A DNA stretch of 63,864 bases, counting the filler, from Octopus bimaculoides (taxonomy: Eukaryota), in NCBI RefSeq assembly GCF_001194135.2. It is 7 parts of 7 records of this genome, joined end to end, with 100 filler letters (N's around TTAATTAATTAA, not from the genome) between each part and the next. Parts side by side here need not be neighbours in the genome. Positions count along the whole stretch, not along the records: positions 40,451 to 58,712 come from NC_068999.1; positions 58,813 to 62,311 come from NC_068983.1; positions 62,412 to 63,864 come from NC_068985.1; 4 more parts are not named here. One strand, written 5' to 3'. Position 1 is the stretch's first letter; every line of letters starts with the position of its first letter. This document shows, piece by piece, positions 56,766 to 63,864 of the stretch. The notes under the pieces are model-generated. The model saw nothing but the letters and a program-made list of their open reading frames with translations. It did not search any database and had not been told where the DNA came from. The position numbers were made by a program, and so were the translations under genes.

Positions 56766-58812
56766 AAAGGACCAAGATAAAAAGCCGTGTATGTATTTAT
56801 GCAACTGCGCTCTGTCCCTGTGTATCGCTGAATGTAAATCTATATGTATAGCTTCGTATATTAATGAATAAACAGATGCCAGTGCTGCCATTATTTCTCT
56901 GTTACACATGACTAGCTAAATACGAAAGGATATTTCCAAACAACAGTGAGTTAAAAGAAAGAATCTATTGTTAAATACGGACTAAAATACAAAACAACAC
57001 CGAAATATTGAATATAACTGAACAACGTAGCATTCATTCTTAATAGAAAGAAAAGAGAATAGCTGAGAAAAAAAATTAATGAGGAAAGCTCATTTGATTA
57101 AGATAATAAAAATAAGCTCGGTCAGCCATTAACAGTAATTTCGTGAATAATGAATCTGATATAAAAGATAGAAAATACAATAAAATCAAAGAATTTCCTA
57201 CTAGGTTATGCATGAAGAAATTTCATGTAAGTTGAACAAAAGACCACCGACAAAATATAAAAGCAATTGTTGCAAGAATATTTGAGGTGTTATAGATACA
57301 ATTTCAAGACACTTCTTATGGTAACTATAACAATAACGACGTCAATAAATGAAAGAACAAATTTGATCCAGCAAGGGAATCTCTACCTGGTAGTTTGACC
57401 TGTTTGAAATAACACATCCTACTGTCTTAAAATATGCAAATAATGAATTTATTCTAGATGCACCATCTGTGAGATTATTGTGAGTGAAATATAGTTCATC
57501 ATATGTCTATTCAAAAATGTTGCCTTGAACTCAATGCATTAGTTTTGGCTAACTACATATTAGCCCAGACGTAAGGCAATCCAGACTTAATCATCCTAAG
57601 ATTTTGCTTATCTAGCACTACGTTATTCAACGTATGATTTCCATTTTGAATCTGTGGGTTATGATTTCTGACAATTTGGTTCTTATTTCTAGCATGTTGG
57701 CAACCGTATAGGAGCTTTTTCGTTCCAGTGTTTATGTTAATGTTGAGGGCAATGAATCTATAATATAATGATTGAGGAAGTGCAGGACTGTGTCCAGTTT
57801 ATTTTTTTACCCACGTTATTAAAATAAGTCATAATACTTTGAAAAAATCTTAAACTATAACGTTTATTTGCATATTAAGCATAAAATATAATGCTAAATA
57901 TTACCAAATTCGCTTCTATTTTAATTAAATGTGTAAACAACTTCCGTTTGAATTCCATGTGTAAACAAATAGTTTTTTCTTCGCGATCGTAAGAAATGTA
58001 AAAATGGGGAGAAAACACAAATGAGTAAATTATTTTTAACAGTATTACATAATGCAAAAAACTACAATCCCTATCAATAGAATTAAATTTTCAAATTTTG
58101 CTAGACTGCGGTCATTCTGGGGTACCACATTGAAATTATTTAGTCAATAATATCATCTCCCAACAGAATTCTTTGCACAAGGTCGTATATAAGTTGCATT
58201 ATCAAGAGCGTCAAGAAACGAAAATATAAAAACATTAACTCAGATAAATGAAAAGGATCCATTTGCTGACAATTGTGTCTCTAAAAAAATTCTACAGTGA
58301 TGTGAAACATCATTACTCTTAATTAAAATGTATTAAGTTTCTATTTAATTGCTAGGAAAGGACACTAGAGGCACCTTAATTGCTAGGAAAGGGATACAGA
58401 AATCAGCCCGGAGGGTAGATTTTCTGCAAGGTGTAATAATTAAACTCAGTTTTTCGATAGAATATGTTAAGTGGATAAATATATATACCACTCAACAACG
58501 AAATGAATTATTATTGGTCTCAAAGATACACCAGAAAGGAATAATTGTGATATTCGTGGTTCACTTATCTGACAATGACACGAGTAGAACATACATTGCG
58601 GTATCAGCAAGCAGTCAGTTGCATCGACATTCATTCGTAGATAAAGATACAATGACATATTTTTTTTTTAATGTAAAAAGGAACAAAAACATGCAATGAC
58701 ACATTGGAATATNNNNNNNNNNNNNNNNNNNNNNNNNNNNNNNNNNNNNNNNNNNNTTAATTAATTAANNNNNNNNNNNNNNNNNNNNNNNNNNNNNNNN
58801 NNNNNNNNNNNN

Positions 58813-58844
<32 letters not shown>

Positions 58845-58845
<1 letters not shown>

Positions 58846-59005
58846 TGCAATGGGCTTCTTTCAGTTTCCATCTACCAAATCCACTCATAAGGCTTTGGTC
58901 GGCCCAAGTTTATAGTAGAAGACTCTGGCCCAAGGTACCACACAGTGGGACTGAATCCTAACCTATATGTCCAGAAAATAGACATCTTGCCACACAGTCA
59001 CCCTT
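58845..59005 (-). mobile_element. SINE-A 5' half
   Basis: GGGCTTCTTTCAGTTTCCATCTACCAAATCC..GTGGGACTGAATCC. Confidence 0.7.
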
Positions 59006-59876
59006 GCAGCTGTAATAGTCAATATGGGGTGGAGGTGGGGTGAAAAGTTCCGAGCTTTAAGGGTATCACCAAAAGGCTTGCTTGGAGGCCCAACCTTCTG
59101 AGTTCCGTTACAGGACTAAGAAAAACTGGAGGACTGCTGCAATAAGTGTGTGAATCTGAGAGTGGAATATGTTGAATAAAAGCATAATTAACCAATCCTC
59201 CTGTATTTTCTATTAACCAAAGCCAGTAACTTTTCCAAGACCCCTTCATATATGCCTTGGCTTTATCTAGTGGTGAATCATCATTTCTATCATTGTTTTG
59301 GTTTCTGCTTTTCAATGCTTGCATAGTATGTTTGGACAGAAGTTTTTTTATGGACAGATCTCCTTCCAGTCACTAACTTCAGCTTATTTCCGAATTAGGT
59401 AATTATCTCCCAGTCTACTGAACAACAAACAGCCGTGATATGTTGTGTGTAGAGAACAGTAAACACACAAATTACGCTGCCAAAAAAACCATTGTTTACA
59501 AACGAGCAAGCATCAAGGAAATACAACACACAACATGAACACACATGCACGCACACACATACACACACACGCATTTACAAATCATATAAAGAAAGATTGT
59601 CTTAACTTAAAACTTATTAATTCTATAAAATATATCTTTAAAACACAAAATAACTCGAACCATTTGGAAGGAAGTTTAAGTACTGCATCAAGCTCTTATA
59701 ATCAGTGTTTTCAAATGCACATGAAAAGCTGCAAACAGTGAAAATGCATAATAACTCCATTCCAAAAGGTTCATGTCATTCTGTTTTTTCTTGAGACATT
59801 TTAGATAATAATTTTCAATTTAAGAAAAATTTTCTTCAAAATATTGTGATTGTATCAAGAATTCTGTATTAGAGAA

Positions 59877-60865
59877 GGCATGGCTGTGGGGTAAAACGTT
59901 TGCTTCTCAATCACATGGTCTTTATGTTCAGTTCAACTGCATGGCATCTTAGTCAAGTGCCTTCTATTATAACCTTGTGATGATTAGAGCCTTGTGAATG
60001 GATTTAGTAGATGGAAATAAAAAAAAAACCTGTCATACATGTGCAGGCTGGAAAGCGGAGCATTTTCTAATCAAAGTTGGATGTAGAGGGTTTGTTGGAC
60101 ACAGTGTGAGGTGACTGTTGTTATCGTTAGGGCTAACTCATGGTAAGGTAAATACCACCATGAGTGATATCCAAAATACAGTGGAGAAGGCTAGCCACTG
60201 GATTTGGTTAAAAGAGACGATGAGTGGTGGCTAGAGAAATATTGAGCTTTTTTTTTAGTAACCAGTTCATCTAGCAAGCAGGGCCTCATATTAGTGAAGG
60301 GGGGGGGGTGTATTGATGCCGTCGAGAGGTAGGCCCTGAAATGGAGTGCATTCTCTCCTGATGACCCCCATACACTTGCTGGCTTCTAGTATGCGGAGTT
60401 CTCGACTAGTAGCACTTGCATGTGCAAGTTGTTTGCAAGACATTGTGATGACTAGAGCCTTGTGAGTGGATTTAGTAGATGGAAATTAAAAAGAACCTGT
60501 CATAGATGTGTGTGTGTGTGTCTGTGTTTGTATGCTTATGTATGTATGTATGTGTGTGTGCATTTGTGTGTGTGTGCATGTGCATGTGGGTGTATTTGTG
60601 CATGTGTGTTTGGGGGTGTGTTTATGTTTGTGTGTGTGTGTTTGAGACTGTATTTGATCCTGTCATTGCTTGACAACTGATGTTGGTTTGTTTACATTCC
60701 TGTGACCAAGCAGTTCAGCAAAAAAAAAAAAAAAAAAAAAAAGGGGACCAAAAGAATAAGTACAGATCCCAAAGAAAATTAAAATACAGGAGTCAATTTG
60801 TTTGATTAAACACTTCAAAGTGATGCTGTAGTATGGCCACAGCCCCATGACTGGAGCAAGTAAAA
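59877..60865 (+). mobile_element. Old SINE-A split by a LINE insertion
   Basis: Head at 59877-60043; body resumes at 60443 and runs through the microsatellite to the tail at ~60865. Confidence 0.65.
60044..60442 (+). mobile_element. 5'-truncated HERO/NeSL-like RLE LINE (ORF end plus 3' UTR) with a ~68-bp flanking direct repeat
   Basis: FLIKVGCRGFVGHSV..LSLGL..IQNTVEKASHWIWLKR (cf. PxEVGCRGF..AExASxWIW); direct repeats at 59975-60043 and 60443-60510. Confidence 0.7.
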
Positions 60866-61795
60866 GATATAAACAATAAAAGCTCTGACAAGCTTCTTCA
60901 ATTTTCTACCAAATCTAATACCAAGATTTTGATCCGCCCAAGAATGTTTGCAGAACGCACTTGACCAAGTTGCGATGCAGACAGACTCTGCTGTTAAGAT
61001 GCTTCCTTCACAAAGACATGATTGGGGAGCAAAATACTTAACCTCATAGCCATGCAGATATGGCTGCATATTTTAAATGCTAAAGAGAATGTTTTAAAAA
61101 AGATTGTTATACTGCACCAGACTGAATGTCATTCACAAATGTATAAGAATTTCTCTAATATATTGTTGACGATGCACAAGTATAAATAATGATGTAAATG
61201 AAATTTCAATTGAGATCTTCATGAATTATACATGTATTCAATTAATGTTTAGTTATTTGAAGAGAGAAGCAAGCAGGTGAATGCACTCATATTTTGGCAT
61301 TTCACATATGTCCTTTAGTAAGTAACTTAGTCAGAGAATATATTATGTCCATAAAGATATTTACTTATATGTAAAGCTTCAAGGGTAATGTTTAAATGAT
61401 GTAATGAAATAGAATGATATTCTCAGAACTATCATCTTCTAAGTACGAACCACGAAGTTTAAGAAGTTTGAAGATGGTGGTATGGTGCAGTTGTTAAAGT
61501 TTTACATGAATAGCCTTGTGGTATAATTTCTGGATTCTTGTCTTTGAGTTGAAATTTCACTGAAGTCAATGTTGGGTTTCATTCTTCTGGAGTCAAATAA
61601 ACGTTTGAATTACTGATAGATTGATTGTGCTTTGTCTCATAATATAACATATAATAGAACTTTAGATTTATTTTCTGACACCCTGTTACAATATTAACAT
61701 TATGTCTACAAACATGTATGTGTATATATGTATAAATATATATATATATATANNNNNNNNNNNNNNNNNNNNNNNNNNNNNNNNNNNNNNNNNNN

Positions 61796-61969
61796 GGTGT
61801 AGAAAACAAACAGATGTATTAGTATAACGCTCAGGAATTGAAAAAGTCTTTAACATTTTGAGTCTACGCTCTTCCACAGAAAGAAACAAGGAGACAAAAA
61901 ATGAGAGGAAAACAGGAGAGAAACAAGGAGAGAAAAAAAATGTGTGTAGTGGTTAGCGATCTGTCATGG

Positions 61970-61975
<6 letters not shown>
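61796..61975 (-). mobile_element. Short hammerhead-bearing element (solo pLTR or retrozyme-like), copy 2, in (TA)n
   Basis: Minus strand CUUU CUGUGGA AGAG-CGUAGA-CUC AAAAU GUU AAAG at ~61847-61883; shares the AGAAACAAGGAGAG..AAAAAAATGTGTG..TCATGGC 3' part with 26721-26890. Confidence 0.6.
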
Positions 61976-62010
<35 letters not shown>

Positions 62011-62082
62011 ACATATGAGTGATTGGATGAATGACGTTAAGTCGCATAGAGCCAAATCAAAGCATTTACAATAACATAGTCA

Positions 62083-62260
62083 TCATCACTATCATTTAAA
62101 GTCTGTTGTCCATGCTGGCATGGATCGGATGGTGTGACCAGAGCTGGCAAGCTGGAGGGCTGCCCATGATTCCAGTCTGACTTGGCATGGTTTCTACTAC
62201 TGGATGCCCTTCTTAACGCCAACCACTTTGCAGAGTGTGCTGGATGCTTTTACGTAGCAT
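62083..62260 (-). mobile_element. RTE-LINE 3' tail fragment, degenerate
   Basis: CATCATCACTATCATTTAAAGTCTG..CCATGCTGGCATGG..GGATGCCCTTCTTAACGCCAACCACT. Confidence 0.65.
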
Positions 62261-62411
62261 CACACAGTTGCTTATATTTATATACAACATATATGAATAT
62301 ATATATATATANNNNNNNNNNNNNNNNNNNNNNNNNNNNNNNNNNNNNNNNNNNNTTAATTAATTAANNNNNNNNNNNNNNNNNNNNNNNNNNNNNNNNN
62401 NNNNNNNNNNN

Positions 62412-62975
62412 CATCTGGACATTTTCCATGATAGTTCCCGACCGGAACTTCCTCCGGAACAGACTAGCCAGTTCGTGTTCGTCGGCGACCAGAGTCTACC
62501 CGAGAACCTCGTCGCACTTCCCTGCTATTAATTCTCTATTAATTTCTAAAGCGGAACATCCATTGATCTCATTACTCGACTGGTGTAGGGCTTTGAGCAT
62601 CTGGCGACATTCTAGGTGCCGGCCGCCCGATCTAGGTTTTTTCTTCACCCAGGACTGCAGCTCCGTCAAGCAGACGAGCTGCGGAAAGACGAGCTTAATA
62701 AACGGAGCCTGCGCACGCTCGCCGTCAGAAATTTATTTCATGTAGCATAACCTAAGAATGTGTCTACGTATTAAGAGCCACGGCATACCTAATCCACCAT
62801 TCAGAGGATGCTGGCAACAGACTTACCGTCTGACCATTTGAATGCGTCCCTTCTACAAGAGCTTAAATAAGAGACGCTCCAGCCTGGCCAAGCACTAACC
62901 AGGACAAGCCACGACGGTCAGGCGATAAATGATAACGGAAGCGATGTAGACATTCGCTAACTCTGCCCGACACAA
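62412..62975 (-). mobile_element. L1/Tx1-clade LINE fragment (post-RT region), single frame with a few stops
   Basis: RAELANVYIASVIIYRLTVVACP..RLERLLFKLL*KGR..VCCQHPLNGGLGMPWL..VFPQL (cf. LxRxxFxFLWxG..CxP...GGLGMP). Confidence 0.75.
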
Positions 62976-62996
62976 TAACAACAGCAACAGCAGCAA

Positions 62997-63032
<36 letters not shown>

Positions 63033-63236
63033 TAGTAGTAGTAGTTGTAGTAGTAAGAAGAAGAAGAAGAAGGAGGAGGAGGAGGAGGAGGAGGGGAGAA
63101 GAAGAAGAAGAAGAAGAAGAAGAAGAAGAAGAAGAAGAAGAAGAAGAAGAAGAAGAAGAAGAAGAAGAAGAAGAAGAAGAAGAAGAAGAAGAAGAAGAAG
63201 AAGAAGAAGAAGAAGAAGAAGAAGAAGAAGAAGAAA
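62976..63236. repeat. Compound trinucleotide tract AAC>AGC>AGT>AAG>AGG>(GAA) about 45 units
   Basis: Read directly. Confidence 0.95.
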
Positions 63237-63819
63237 ATTCAATAGATATATATATACGTGTATATCCATATCGCGGGGAAATTACTCGCATTTTTGGGGT
63301 TTTTTTCCTTTTTTTAAAGGTTCTATTCCACTAGAATTTAATATAATTCTATTATAGAACAATATCTAACTGTTCTCTACAGTTCTTGGAGCACAAATTC
63401 TTTAAGTAATCCTTTAATTTTGTTGGCAAAACAAATAGGAAGAAGAAAGTCTATGGACAGTCAATGGAGTAATCGACGTTTGGTAATTGAAGTTAAGACG
63501 CGGTCCGGTAGGAACAATAAAATACAAATAAGAAGCAAACAAAGTAACTATCATGAAAATAATGGCACCAGTCAAAGATAGTTTTGGAAAAAGAAATTAC
63601 ATAAAATAGAACTTTAAGTATTCCTTTATTAAATACGTCTTCCATTTTATTTGAGAGTAACAAACGATAAACACAGAAACTAATAACTAGATCAATATAT
63701 ATTTGGCAAATGTAGCCAAACTTGGTTGAAATCCATAGAAAGTGAAAATGATAAACATGCACCTAAAAATCGATGTTTGTTTGTGCGTGTGTGTGAGAGA
63801 TTGTGAGTGCATGTGTGAG

Positions 63820-63864
<45 letters not shown>

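Overview
AT-rich, gappy eukaryotic (metazoan) draft-assembly DNA. The repeat families resemble those I associate with Octopus; this is an inference and was not searched. I found no confidently supportable host gene, rRNA, true tRNA or CRISPR array, so the window looks intronic or intergenic. It is a dense mosaic of: (i) three tRNA-derived SINE families, my labels A, B and C, roughly 40 copies or fragments; (ii) decayed non-LTR retrotransposons, namely R4/Dong-type RT+RLE elements (one nested in another at 33.7-36.7 kb, an old minus-strand copy at 10-14.6 kb, a short one at 40.1 kb), RTE elements (one with a PHD finger inside the RT and a scrambled block order), a HERO/NeSL-like 3' end with a ~68-bp flanking duplication, and an L1/Tx1 fragment; (iii) at least four Penelope-like (GIY-YIG) remnants plus four minimal hammerhead-ribozyme motifs in pLTR or retrozyme-like pieces; (iv) TTAA-type and Tigger-type MITEs, two HINE/Helentron-like elements and a probable hAT remnant; (v) several near-perfect hairpins, local duplications, minisatellites and many microsatellites. 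The most interesting locus is 39.25-40.35 kb, where a Penelope-like element joins an inverted hammerhead pLTR, a GIY-YIG ORF end, a tRNA-like Pol III promoter and a (TAA)n tract into which a Dong-like LINE has inserted. The TTAATTAATTAA strings centred in 44N+44N gaps are assembly linkers. Coordinates of degenerate repeats are approximate (about +/-10-20 nt), and all family assignments come from motif recognition, not database searches.
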